Assembly: GCA_963841385.1 (NCBI GenBank)
Contig: CAWJCO010000003.1
Coordinates: 264,712 to 328,711, forward strand
Reading direction: 5' to 3'
Length of the DNA stretch: 64,000 bases
Source: an uncultured Chloroflexia bacterium
Lineage (GTDB): Bacteria; Chloroflexota; Dormibacteria; Aeolococcales; Aeolococcaceae
Shown one piece after another: positions 1 to 9,036 of the stretch; within the stretch, counting starts at the first letter, position 1, and each line of letters opens with the position of its first letter. The position numbers and the translations under genes were made by a program. The notes under the pieces are model-generated. The model was not told where the DNA came from and made no database searches. It worked only from the letters and a program-made list of their open reading frames with translations.

Positions 1-135
1 AAAGAAGTGGTCCATCACGCTCACCCGGTCGAAGCCCGCCTCCTCGGCGGCCAGCCCCACCCGGGCCAGCTCGTGTCCCAGGCTTGCCGGCCCGCCCGGC
101 CAGGTGTAGTCGGGGATGTGCAGACCCAGCTTCAT
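1..135 (-). CDS. Luciferase-like (LLM class, probably F420-dependent) oxidoreductase, first 45 codons only; gene runs off the left edge
   Basis: Reverse translation from ATG at 135 gives MKLGLHIPDYTWPGGPASLGHELARVGLAAEEAGFDRVSVMDHFF, a typical LLM-family N-terminus. Its start overlaps the stop of the upstream gene (ATGA at 132-135). Confidence 0.6.
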   Translation of the reverse strand, partial: MKLGLHIPDYTWPGGPASLGHELARVGLAAEEAGFDRVSVMDHFF

Positions 136-1178
136 GGCGCGGACCCTCCGGTGCTGAGACCCGCGGCGTGGGCGGCGAGCAGACGGGCCGCGAGGCCTGG
201 ATCCACATTACCCCCGGACAGGATGGCGACGGTCCGCGTTCTCGCCGGCGCGGGAGCGATGCGCCCGGCCAGCAGCGCTGCCAGGCCCACCGCCCCGGAG
301 GGCTCGACCACCAGGTGAAGCCGGGTCCAGGCGGCGACCATCGCGCGTTCGATCTCGTCCTCGCTCACCGTCACCACGTCGTCCACCAGGCCACGCTCGA
401 CGATGACCTCGAAGCCCCGCTTCCCGACGCTCATGCTGCGCAGGCCGTCGGCGATGGTGGTGGAGGCCGTGGCCAGCCGCTCATGACGGCCGCTCCGCCG
501 CGACGCCGCCGCGTCGGCGGCGAGCTCTGGTTCCACCCCGACGACGCGGACCTCGGGCCGGGCCGCCTTCACCGCGAGGGCGCAGCCGGAGACGAGCCCA
601 CCGCCTCCCACCGGGGCGATCAGCAGGCCGAGGTCGGGGACGTCCTCCAGGAGCTCGAGCCCGATGGTGCCCTGCCCGTGGATGGTGTCCCAGGCGTCGA
701 AGGGATGGATGAGGGCGAGCCCGGTCCGCTCCTGCAGGGCCAGGACGCGCTCCTCGCGGTTGGCGGCGGTCACGCCCTCGCTGACCACGGTCGCGCCGAG
801 CGCGCGCACGGCGGCGACCTTGACCGGATTCGACCCCTCGGGCATCACCACGGTGCAGGCGAGCCCCAGGCTGCGCGCGGCCAGGGCGACCGCCTGGCCG
901 TGATTCCCGGAGCTGACCGTGATGACCCCGGGGGTGTCCGGCGAGAGCCGGCGCAGGCGGAGTGCGGCATTGAAGGCCCCGCGCACCTTGAAGGAGCCGG
1001 TCGGTTGCAGCAACTCCGGTTTGACGAGGGTGCCGGGGAGGATCTCGTCCGCGGGGAGCGTCGGAGTGCGGCGCACGTGTCCCGCGATGAGCGACGCCGC
1101 AGCGGCGATGGCCGCGGCGTGCTCGCTGAGGAAGGTGGAGTTGTCACGGTCGGCGGCTGGTGCGCTGCGCTCTGTCAC
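132..1178 (-). CDS. PLP-dependent threonine/serine dehydratase (threonine ammonia-lyase, short form without ACT regulatory domain)
   Basis: 348-aa ORF with the PLP-lysine motif SFKVRGA, SSGNHGQAVA and the glycine loop VGGGGLVSG. Confidence 0.85.
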   Translation of the reverse strand: MTERSAPAADRDNSTFLSEHAAAIAAAASLIAGHVRRTPTLPADEILPGTLVKPELLQPTGSFKVRGAFNAALRLRRLSPDTPGVITVSSGNHGQAVALAARSLGLACTVVMPEGSNPVKVAAVRALGATVVSEGVTAANREERVLALQERTGLALIHPFDAWDTIHGQGTIGLELLEDVPDLGLLIAPVGGGGLVSGCALAVKAARPEVRVVGVEPELAADAAASRRSGRHERLATASTTIADGLRSMSVGKRGFEVIVERGLVDDVVTVSEDEIERAMVAAWTRLHLVVEPSGAVGLAALLAGRIAPAPARTRTVAILSGGNVDPGLAARLLAAHAAGLSTGGSAP

Positions 1179-1363
1179 GTGCCCAGGCTACCCGTCCGCT
1201 GCTGCCCTCTGCCGTCACCGCGCCGGCGCGGCGATGGGCCCGACCTCGTGACGACGGTGCGGGGTGTCGCGCGGTGGGTGGTGGGTCAGGTGCTCGCCCC
1301 GACCCACCACCGCGAAGCCGGCTGCTCGCACTGGCCCACCATCCACCGCAGTGGTGACCGCTC

Positions 1364-1987
1364 TCAGTACCCGCCCGGGGCGCTCACGGTCGGCGTGGGG
1401 GTGGCGCTGCTGGCGGTGGCGCTGCTCATGGTCGGGGTGACCACGAACCAGACCCCACTGACACCCTGGCCATTGGACTGGTCGGGGCCGCTATCCCCCG
1501 AATAGGTGTAGACGGGGTGCCCGTCGTACTCGACCTGGCGCCCGTTGGCCCCGTTCACCACGCTGAGCGCCTCAGGCAGCGACGAGGAGGCGGTGGGCTG
1601 ACCGGAGGCGAGCAGGAGCGGTGGCCAGACCCCGGCGCACGACCCGGTGCAGCTGGCGTTGGTCGCGGTGTCCTTGGTCAGGTAGTAGAGGGTGTCGCCG
1701 TTGGTTGCGGTGAGCACCTGCTCGGAGGTGCCCTTCACGGTCACCATCGCCACCGCGACCACCGCGGCCGTCGCCGCCGTCGCCGGCGAGCTCGTACCCG
1801 CGGGAGTGTTGGTGCCGGTGGCTCCCTTCACGTTCCCGGTGCTCGGGGAGGACGTCGATCCGCAGGCCGCGAGCAGCGCCGAGGCGGCTCCCAGCACCAC
1901 CATGCGGGCGATCCCCGGGTGGGCTCGGCCCCCCCCACGGTGGCGTCGGGAGCGGGTGGTCTCGTCTGCCGCAGGTGCGTTCATCAT
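1364..1987 (-). CDS. Secreted repeat lipoprotein (COG4315-like, Y-x-Y-x-x-D repeats)
   Basis: Signal peptide with lipobox LLAAC. Two repeats, GDTLYYLTKD...CTGSCAGVWPPLL and GHPVYTYSGD...GVSGVWFVV, are characteristic of this lipoprotein family. The exact start is uncertain. Confidence 0.65.
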   Translation of the reverse strand: MMNAPAADETTRSRRHRGGGRAHPGIARMVVLGAASALLAACGSTSSPSTGNVKGATGTNTPAGTSSPATAATAAVVAVAMVTVKGTSEQVLTATNGDTLYYLTKDTATNASCTGSCAGVWPPLLLASGQPTASSSLPEALSVVNGANGRQVEYDGHPVYTYSGDSGPDQSNGQGVSGVWFVVTPTMSSATASSATPTPTVSAPGGY

Positions 1988-2119
1988 CTGTCTCCACTGC
2001 CACCTCAGCAGGTCCTCCCCGCCTCGGTGAGAATCATTCCGATGCCCATCACACGCGAGCCTGTGCAGCCCGGTTCACCCGGAGCTGAACCGCCCCTGGC
2101 CCTCGCCCGTGGTGGTGGT

Positions 2120-2668
2120 ATGCAGCCAGGAGCGGAGGCGAGCGCGCGCGCCGTGACCGGAGCGGACCCCGGCGAGGTGTTCGTGGGCGCGCTCTGGGAT
2201 GAGCATGGAGACGCGCTGTTGGGGTACGTGACCCGCTTGGTGGGCGACCCGGGGAGGGCCGAGGACATCGTCCAGGAGGTGATGCTCCGCGCCTGGCGGA
2301 ACGCCGACCGGCTGGACGCCGGCTCCCGGTCGCTCCGCCCCTGGCTCTTCACGGTCGCGGCCCACCTCGCCACCGACCAGCATCGGGCCCGGCGGAGCCG
2401 GCCGGAGATCCTCGGCTCCCCCGAGCTGGAGAGCCGGGCGGTCGGTGACGGCATCGACCGGGCGGTCGACGCCTGGGAGGTGAGCGCGGCCTTCGGGGCG
2501 CTGAGCCCGGAGCATCGCGGCGTGCTGGTCGAGACCTACTACCGTGGCCACACCGTCGCCGAGGCCTCGGTCACTCTGGGCATCCCGGAGGGGACGGTCA
2601 AGTCCCGCACCTACTACGCGCTCCGCGCCCTGCGTCTGGCGCTGGAGGAACGAGGTTGGAGACCATGA
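2120..2668 (+). CDS. ECF-type RNA polymerase sigma factor
   Basis: Region 2 AEDIVQEVMLRAWRNADRL and region 4 HTH TVAEASVTLGIPEGTVKSRTYYALRAL. The listed ORF (1517..) has an implausible Arg/Gly-rich N-terminus. ATG 2120 or GTG 2153 are the plausible starts. Confidence 0.85.
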   Translation: MQPGAEASARAVTGADPGEVFVGALWDEHGDALLGYVTRLVGDPGRAEDIVQEVMLRAWRNADRLDAGSRSLRPWLFTVAAHLATDQHRARRSRPEILGSPELESRAVGDGIDRAVDAWEVSAAFGALSPEHRGVLVETYYRGHTVAEASVTLGIPEGTVKSRTYYALRALRLALEERGWRP

Positions 2669-3342
2669 ACGACGCCTGCGGTGAGCGGCGGATCGCGCTG
2701 GGCGCGTACGCGGTCGGTGCCCTCGAGGCCGCGGAGCGCGACCAGGTCGAGGATCACCTGGCCCAGTGCGCGGGCTGCAGGGAGGAGCTCTCGGCGCTGG
2801 TCCAGCTGACACCGGTCCTGGGGAGGCTGACCCCGGAAGAGGCGGCGGCTGCCCGGCCTCCGCTCGCCGCCGGGTCGCGCGGATCCCTCGTCGAGCGGAC
2901 CCTGGCCGAGCTGGCCCGCCACCGCCGGAACGCGCGCCGGCGCTGGCAGGTGGCGATGGCGGGCGGGGTCGCGGCGGTCGCGGCCCTCGGGGTCGCGGTG
3001 GCCGTGCTGGTGGTCACCCGACCGGCGGTCGCTCCGGTGGAGGTGGCAGCCGCCCATCTGTCGGGCAGCGACGCGAGCACCGGGGTCAGCGCCAGCGCCC
3101 AGCTGTACGTCGAGTCCTGGGGGACCTGGATCCACCTCGACGTCTCCGGGGTCCAGCCCGGGGACCAGTGCGAGCTGGTGGCGGTGGGCAGGGACGGCTC
3201 GGAGCAGGTGGCGGGGACCTGGCGGGTCGGCTACACCGGTGGTGTCGACCTCAACGGGTCGACGGGGATCGGGGCGAGCCAGATCGCGTCGCTCAAGGTC
3301 GTGACCACCTCCGGCTCCGACCTCGTCGATCTGCAGACCTGA
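2656..3342 (+). CDS. Membrane-spanning anti-sigma factor (zf-HC2 type)
   Basis: N-terminal HLAQCAGC (H-x3-C-x2-C) motif and a single TM helix VAMAGGVAAVAALGVAVAVLVV. It overlaps the sigma gene by 13 nt. Confidence 0.75.
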   Translation: METMNDACGERRIALGAYAVGALEAAERDQVEDHLAQCAGCREELSALVQLTPVLGRLTPEEAAAARPPLAAGSRGSLVERTLAELARHRRNARRRWQVAMAGGVAAVAALGVAVAVLVVTRPAVAPVEVAAAHLSGSDASTGVSASAQLYVESWGTWIHLDVSGVQPGDQCELVAVGRDGSEQVAGTWRVGYTGGVDLNGSTGIGASQIASLKVVTTSGSDLVDLQT

Positions 3343-3426
3343 GCCCGCCGCCTCACATCGCGTCGATCCGCAGGCCTGAGCCGCTCGCGTCGTCACATCC
3401 GCGTAGGCCGGCCCGTCGTACTGGGC

Positions 3427-5784
3427 GTGAAGGTCCGCCTCGCCGTGCGCGCCAGGCTCGCCCGTGGCCGCGGCGGCGAGCCGGACCACTGGGCGATCCG
3501 CCGCGGGCCTCTCTGGGCCGCCCTGGCTCTCGCGGCGGCGGTGGCGGCGGCCTCGGCCGGAGTCGGCCTCCTGCTCCATCCCTGGCGCTCGGCGACCGGC
3601 GGGTCTGCCTCACCCGACGCCACCATGCCCGTGTCCTCCTCGCCGGGCATGCCGTCGCCGCGGGAGGGAGCGGCGATGGCGTACGACCCGGCCACCCGGA
3701 CGGTGGTCCTCTTCGGAGGCGACGATGGCGAGGACGCTCTCGGCGATACCTGGAGCTGGGGGGGCTCCGGATGGGCGCGCCTTGATCCGGCAGTGTCACC
3801 ACCGCCGCGCACCGGCGCGCTGATGGCGTATGACCCGGCCACCCGGCGCCTGGTGCTCACCGGCGGCCGCGCAATGAGCGGCGGTGGCGCGGCCGGCTCC
3901 GTTGACGTCGACACCTGGACGTGGGACGGCTTGGCGTGGTCCCCGGAGCCTTCGGGGAGCCTTCCCGCCTCCGCCTCGAGCGGCATGGGGGTGGCCCTCG
4001 CCACCGACGGCGCCACCGAGCAACTGGTCCTGGTCACGGGTCTCGAGCAGGCCGGCTGCCAAGCGGAGGAGACGTGGCTCTGGTCGGGGACCTCGTGGTC
4101 GCAGCTTCACCCCACCATCTCTCCCATCGGCGCCGAGGGGGGCCTGCTCGCCGACGACCCCGTCACCGGGCACCTCGACCTCTTCAGCAGCGCTGGGGGG
4201 TGCCCGGGAGACGGAGAACAGGGCACGGTGCTCTGGTCGTGGGATGGGCGGACCTGGAAGGCGGACGGAAGCTCCGCGGGGGCGGCCGGGCTGAACGTCC
4301 CCAAGATGATCGTCTCGGGTCAGCTGGTGGCATCCGCCATCGGTCCGCTGCTCGTCGTCTACGGCGGCACCTACGCCTGGCACGGTGACGCCGGGTGGGC
4401 GCAGCTGACCGGCGCGCCCGGAGGGCTGGGAGAGATGGCGGAGCCGCCCGCCACCGACCAGCGCGATGGTGAGGCCCTCGCGTTCGACTCCGCCCTCCAC
4501 GAGGCCGTGCTCTTCGGGGGCGAATGCGCCAGCTGCGATCCCGACGGCGTCGACTACCTCGGGGACACCTGGACCTTCGACGGGAGCTGGGCCCTCGCCG
4601 CCGCGGGGACGGCGATCACCCCGACGCCGACATCCGCGCCCACGCCCACACCCGCCCCGGTTCCCTGCGCCCCGCCCACGCCGCCGGGCGCCCCCGTGCT
4701 GATCGGCGACCTGAGCATGCTCAGCCCGACCACCGGGTGGGCCGAGGAGGGGGGTACCAGCACGATCCTGCGCACCACCTCCGGGGCGCAGCGGTGGGCG
4801 GTGGCGTCGCCGCCGCTCTCGGGCGACCAGCAGGTGCTGGCCGCGTCGTTCCTCGACTCCACCGCCGCGCAGGCGATCACCGGCACGCTGTGGAACTGCG
4901 ACGACCAGGGGCCCCCATCGGCCACCCTGGTCGCCTGGGGGACCGCGGACGGCGGGGCCACCTGGTCGAGTGAGGGGGCGTTCTCGGTGGCGTCTTTCGA
5001 CGGTGGCACCCTGGACTTCGTCAACGCTGAGGACGGCTGGCTCTCGGTCAGTGAAGGGGGGTGGGCCGGCGGGTCGGCGATGGCGCTGTACCGCACGGTC
5101 GACGCGGGCGCGTCGTGGGAGAAGGTGGCGAGCAGCGACGTCGACGGCGGCGCCTCGCCGGGCGCGGCAGGGGTCATCCCGGTCGCGGGCTACGTGGGGA
5201 CAGCGTCGTTCATCAACCCGAGCACCGGGTGGATCACGGAAACCAGCGGCGGCGGCGACGGTGCACTCTTCTACGTCAGCCACAACGGCGGGGTCACCTG
5301 GGCCGCGCAGACCCTGAGGGCTGCGGCGGGGCTCCTCCAACCCTCGACGACTGCTCCGCGATTCTGGTCCAGCCAGGGCGGCTGGGTCCTCGTCGATGCC
5401 TCGGACCAGGCGTCGTTGGTGTACCTGACCACCGACGGAGGTCAGGAGTGGAGCCTGGTGGCGCTGCCGGGTGGCGGTCAGCTGCCGGAGGCCGTCGACT
5501 TCATCGACGCGGCCGACGGGTGGCTGCTCGCCTTCACCGAGACGAGCACCGGCGCGGAGACGAGCCAGACCCTTTGGGAGACCAAGGACGGGGGCACCTC
5601 GTGGACCGCGATCTCCTCCGACACCGCACTCGCCACCCCCGACTTCGTCAACGCCGGCGACGGCTGGGCCACCACGACCGCGGGGAGCGGGGCCACGGTG
5701 CCCGCCCTGCTTCAGACCACCGACGGCGGCCGGACCTGGACGGCCGTGAACCTCGAGATCGGCGGCTCCCCGGCGTCATCCTGA
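3427..5784 (+). CDS. Membrane-anchored surface protein: N-terminal Kelch-like repeats plus C-terminal BNR/Asp-box (Ycf48/sortilin-like) beta-propeller
   Basis: N-terminal TM anchor. Repeated YDPATRxxVLFGG...DTWxW units (Kelch-like), a PT-rich linker, then six Asp-box-like motifs (DGGATWSS, DAGASWEK, NGGVTWAA, DGGQEWSL, DGGTSWTA, DGGRTWTA). Confidence 0.7.
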   Translation: MKVRLAVRARLARGRGGEPDHWAIRRGPLWAALALAAAVAAASAGVGLLLHPWRSATGGSASPDATMPVSSSPGMPSPREGAAMAYDPATRTVVLFGGDDGEDALGDTWSWGGSGWARLDPAVSPPPRTGALMAYDPATRRLVLTGGRAMSGGGAAGSVDVDTWTWDGLAWSPEPSGSLPASASSGMGVALATDGATEQLVLVTGLEQAGCQAEETWLWSGTSWSQLHPTISPIGAEGGLLADDPVTGHLDLFSSAGGCPGDGEQGTVLWSWDGRTWKADGSSAGAAGLNVPKMIVSGQLVASAIGPLLVVYGGTYAWHGDAGWAQLTGAPGGLGEMAEPPATDQRDGEALAFDSALHEAVLFGGECASCDPDGVDYLGDTWTFDGSWALAAAGTAITPTPTSAPTPTPAPVPCAPPTPPGAPVLIGDLSMLSPTTGWAEEGGTSTILRTTSGAQRWAVASPPLSGDQQVLAASFLDSTAAQAITGTLWNCDDQGPPSATLVAWGTADGGATWSSEGAFSVASFDGGTLDFVNAEDGWLSVSEGGWAGGSAMALYRTVDAGASWEKVASSDVDGGASPGAAGVIPVAGYVGTASFINPSTGWITETSGGGDGALFYVSHNGGVTWAAQTLRAAAGLLQPSTTAPRFWSSQGGWVLVDASDQASLVYLTTDGGQEWSLVALPGGGQLPEAVDFIDAADGWLLAFTETSTGAETSQTLWETKDGGTSWTAISSDTALATPDFVNAGDGWATTTAGSGATVPALLQTTDGGRTWTAVNLEIGGSPASS

Positions 5785-6900
5785 CTGCGACCACTCCTCC
5801 GGGTCGGGCTCCAGCGCCTCCAGGCGCAGCTCGCGGGGCGGATGGGTGGCGGCGATGACCCGGTCCCATCCCGACCGGCCCGGCTCCAGCTCGCCGAGCA
5901 GGCTCAGCGCGCGATGCAGGGCCTCGCCGCGTCCGGTCGCGCGCACCGCGGCGTCCGCCGCGTACTCCTGGCGGCGCGAACCCAGGGCGACGACCGGCTC
6001 GATGACCAGCCGGACCAGCAGCCACGCCGGCCAGAGCGCGATCCACCCGGCCAGGGCGATGAGCGCATTCCCCTGCTGCGCCATCCAGCAGCCGGCGTCA
6101 TAGAGGATGACCAGGGGCAGCCCGCAGCAGCGGACCCAGCGCAACCCCACGCCGTCGCCTGCCGCCCAGTGGTGGAGCGCGTGGCAGAGCACCGCCTCGA
6201 GCGTCGCGTCGCCGGCGGGGCCCGCGCCCAGCTCGTCGAGCAGGCTGCGTCCGACCACCAGGTGGCGGCTGTGGACGCGCACCCGGAGGTCGTCGCCGCC
6301 GGCCATCAGCAGCAGCGGCAGCGAGCTCAGTCCCAGGTCGGCGGCGGCCGCCTGGAGCAGGGGCGTGACCCGAGCGGCCTCGCGCCGGCTCAATCGCCGG
6401 CAACCGCTCCAGCGAAGCAGCCGCGGCTCCAACGCCACGCTGGCCGCGAGCAGGGCCATGGAGACCGCCAGCCCTCCGGCCAGGGCACCGAGGAATGCCA
6501 GCGGCTCCTCGCCGACCAGGGCCGCCACCCCGGAGACGAGGCCGCCAGCCGCCGCGCGGAGGGCGCCGCCCGCGACCGTGAGGGCGCCGCTCCCGGGGCC
6601 GGTGGAGCTGCCGGCCCCGGCCAGCGCCGCTCCGATGGCGGAGCCCAGCGCCGAGAGGACGGCCCCGGCGATGGCGTCGGCCACCACCAGCCACACCGCC
6701 AGCCACACCCCGGACCAGGCACAGACCAGGGCGACCAGGCCCGGCGCCCAGCGCCGGCGCACCGCGACGGCGATCCAGGCGACGGCGCCGGCCTGACCGG
6801 CTGGACGGCCGGACGGGTGCGGGGTCTCCGGGGCGGGCCGGGGAGGGGCGGCCGGCGAGGTGGCCATCGAAGGGGGGGCAGGGGGCAGCCGGGTGGTCAC
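5776..6900 (-). CDS. Polytopic membrane protein of the M48 (HtpX/Ste24-like) peptidase family with degenerate active site (HALHH instead of HExxH)
   Basis: Several N-terminal TM helices. M48-like core reads LEAVLCHALHHWAAGD ... EYAADAAV ... THPPRELRLEAL, but the catalytic Glu codon is GCG (Ala). The GTG start overlaps the stop of the upstream ATPase (GTGA, 6897-6900). Confidence 0.6.
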   Translation of the reverse strand: MTTRLPPAPPSMATSPAAPPRPAPETPHPSGRPAGQAGAVAWIAVAVRRRWAPGLVALVCAWSGVWLAVWLVVADAIAGAVLSALGSAIGAALAGAGSSTGPGSGALTVAGGALRAAAGGLVSGVAALVGEEPLAFLGALAGGLAVSMALLAASVALEPRLLRWSGCRRLSRREAARVTPLLQAAAADLGLSSLPLLLMAGGDDLRVRVHSRHLVVGRSLLDELGAGPAGDATLEAVLCHALHHWAAGDGVGLRWVRCCGLPLVILYDAGCWMAQQGNALIALAGWIALWPAWLLVRLVIEPVVALGSRRQEYAADAAVRATGRGEALHRALSLLGELEPGRSGWDRVIAATHPPRELRLEALEPDPEEWSQSG

Positions 6901-8303
6901 GGCTCACCCGCCGACTCAGGCCACGGCTCACCCGGCAGCTCAGGCCGCAGCACCCGGATGGTCGCCACCCGCCGGCCGCCGGCGACCCCGAGCACCACCG
7001 CCTCCCCGGTCGCGAGCTGCTTCATCACGTTGGGGTCCACGGCGTAGCGGTCCACCGCGCGCACCGAGCGGCGGACCGGCTCGCTGGCGTCGCTCAGGGT
7101 GCGGGTCACCTGCACGCCCCGCTCCGTGCCGATGACCCGGGCCACCGCCTCGGCGTCGTCGTGGCCGACCCGGTGGGCGATCAGCAGGCCGGCCCCGAGC
7201 AGCGCGCCGCGCAGCGCGTGGGCGGTGCGCGGGTCGGGGAGCTGCTGGGTGCTCACCACCGCACCCAGCCGGGCTTCGCGCGCCTGATGGAGCAGGTCGT
7301 TGATCTGCTCGGGGTCGTCCAGGGCGGCGAACTCGTCCAGGACCAGCATCGCCGGAGCCGCGTCCGGCTGCTGCAGGCGGAGGAAGGCCGCCTGCTTCAG
7401 GTCCTGGATCAATACCCGGGCCATCAGGGCGGTGTCCTGGCTGACCGCCAGCGCCGGCAGGCTGATGTAGGTGACGCCCGGGGAGGCCAGGGCGGTGGGC
7501 AGGTCGAGCTGCGGGCCGTCACTGTCGAAGATGCCGCCGTACTCGCCGTGGAGGAGAGCGCCGAGGCGTGCCCGCATCCCCTCGAACGCGTCGGCGGAGA
7601 CGCCGCCGCGACGGGAGAGCTCAGCCAGGTCGTCGGCCAGTTCCGGGGTGAGGTCGCGGGCCCGGTGGGCCAGACCGGGCATGCGGGTGCGGTCCAGCTC
7701 CCGGCGGAGCCGCCGGATGGTCACCGGCTCGTCCAGGGCCCGGAGGATCCCGACCAGGATCGAGATCGTCTCCAGGGCGATCACCCGGTACACCTGCCCG
7801 GCCGCCCCGTGGGTGAAGGCCGAGACCAGCTTGTCGGCGATCTGGGCCCGGCTGCCCACCGCGCAGGGGTTGTATCCCAATGTCCCCGGGGCACCGGGCA
7901 CCACCTCGTGGTGGTCGAGGCCACGGACGGCCGCCAGCCGCCGGGCCGCGGTCCGCAGGCCCGCCCCCTTGGCGTCGATCACGACCAGGCCGACCCCGGC
8001 GGCGACCGCGCCCTCGGCGAGCCGCTCCGCGGTGGTCGTCTTCCCGGACCCGGTCAGACCGAGGAGGGTCACGTGCTGGGCGATCCCCTCGGGGACCGCG
8101 ATGTCGAACGGCCTCCGGCTGACGGTGTCCATCCCGAGGCGGATGAAGCCGGAAGGGTGGACGGGATGGTCCGCTGCCGGCGGGGGGGAGGCAGCCGGAG
8201 ACAGCGGCGTGCGGCCGAGGGGTGGCATCTCGGCGGCGGATCGTCTCATGGACGCCGATCGTTCCGGGAGAGTGGCGATCGCATCATGGGCGGCATCACG
8301 CAC
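6897..8303 (-). CDS. TraD/VirD4/FtsK-HerA-like P-loop ATPase (coupling-protein-like), no TM segments seen
   Basis: Walker A LLGLTGSGKTTTAE followed by VVIDAKG. Walker B MLVLDEFAALDD, and a C-terminal LIAHRVGHDDAEAV block typical of TraG/TraD C-terminal domains. Start is uncertain (GTG 8303 or ATG 8249). Confidence 0.6.
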   Translation of the reverse strand: MRDAAHDAIATLPERSASMRRSAAEMPPLGRTPLSPAASPPPAADHPVHPSGFIRLGMDTVSRRPFDIAVPEGIAQHVTLLGLTGSGKTTTAERLAEGAVAAGVGLVVIDAKGAGLRTAARRLAAVRGLDHHEVVPGAPGTLGYNPCAVGSRAQIADKLVSAFTHGAAGQVYRVIALETISILVGILRALDEPVTIRRLRRELDRTRMPGLAHRARDLTPELADDLAELSRRGGVSADAFEGMRARLGALLHGEYGGIFDSDGPQLDLPTALASPGVTYISLPALAVSQDTALMARVLIQDLKQAAFLRLQQPDAAPAMLVLDEFAALDDPEQINDLLHQAREARLGAVVSTQQLPDPRTAHALRGALLGAGLLIAHRVGHDDAEAVARVIGTERGVQVTRTLSDASEPVRRSVRAVDRYAVDPNVMKQLATGEAVVLGVAGGRRVATIRVLRPELPGEPWPESAGEP

Positions 8304-8340
8304 TCGGATTGGGCGATTGGTGCGATGGGGCAGGCGCGCG

Positions 8341-9036
8341 TCAGAAACCGCGACGGCTGCGCCAGGCGCGGGGCTCGATCAGATGCTCCAGGCCCCTCGC
8401 GGCGACCAGCGCGCTCAGCCGCGAGACCGCCACCTGGCTGGGCAGGTACCACCAGACGGTGTCGACGTCGCGGTCGACCGCGTAGGCGCCGGCCAGGAGG
8501 TCCAGGCGCGCCGATCGCTTCGGGGTCAGGTCCAGCTCCACGGCGACCCGCTCGCCGCCGTCCAGCCGGAGCAGCCCGTCGGGGACCCGACGCTGCCGCT
8601 CCCAGGCGCCACCGGTCCGGGCGGCGCGCATCCGGTCCCGGCGCAGCTCGCGCTCGGTGGTCCAGGCGCTGCCGGGGTGGGTGACCAGCAATTCTTCCGA
8701 GAGATCGACCAGGGCCAAGTTGTGGTGGACACGGGCCAGGTCGAGCGACGCCGGAGCCAGGTCGCAGCCGGCCAGGCGGGCCCCGCGGGGGGTGGCGCGC
8801 ACCACCGCCGGCAGCGCGGCCAGCACGCGGTCGCGGACCAGCAGCCCGGCCACCTCCAGGGCCCGCAGGCGGCGCTGCGCGGGAACCGGCCCCGTGAGGA
8901 AGCGGTTGCTGAGCTGATCGGCGAGGACCATGCCGTGGCGCACCGCGAAGCGCAGCACGTCCAGGTCGCGGGGGGCGAGCCGGAGACCCCGAGGGGGAGG
9001 GGCGGGCGCGGTGCGGTCCATGCCGCCCGCGATCAT
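8341..9036 (-). CDS. Replication-relaxation family-like protein (wHTH plus PD-(D/E)xK-like C-terminal region)
   Basis: N-terminal wHTH PRDLDVLRFAVRHGMVLADQL...RRLRALEVAGLL. C-terminal HHNLALVD...PDGLLRL...VAVELDLTPK resembles the Replic_Relax (PF13814) signature. ATG 9036 overlaps the comF stop (ATGA, 9033-9036). Confidence 0.55.
   Translation of the reverse strand: MIAGGMDRTAPAPPPRGLRLAPRDLDVLRFAVRHGMVLADQLSNRFLTGPVPAQRRLRALEVAGLLVRDRVLAALPAVVRATPRGARLAGCDLAPASLDLARVHHNLALVDLSEELLVTHPGSAWTTERELRRDRMRAARTGGAWERQRRVPDGLLRLDGGERVAVELDLTPKRSARLDLLAGAYAVDRDVDTVWWYLPSQVAVSRLSALVAARGLEHLIEPRAWRSRRGF

Noticed and set aside
84-1505. Long ORFs overlapping recognised genes on the opposite strand or out of frame. 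Examples: 84..1505+, 3796..5340-, 7471..9558+, 15479..17185-, 18910..20421-, 36927..38855-, 47243..48871-, 59418..61547-.
   Set aside because: These are typical stop-poor alternative frames of very GC-rich DNA. Their translations are Arg/Pro/Gly/Ala-rich with no motifs, and each is fully covered by a gene with clear family signatures.
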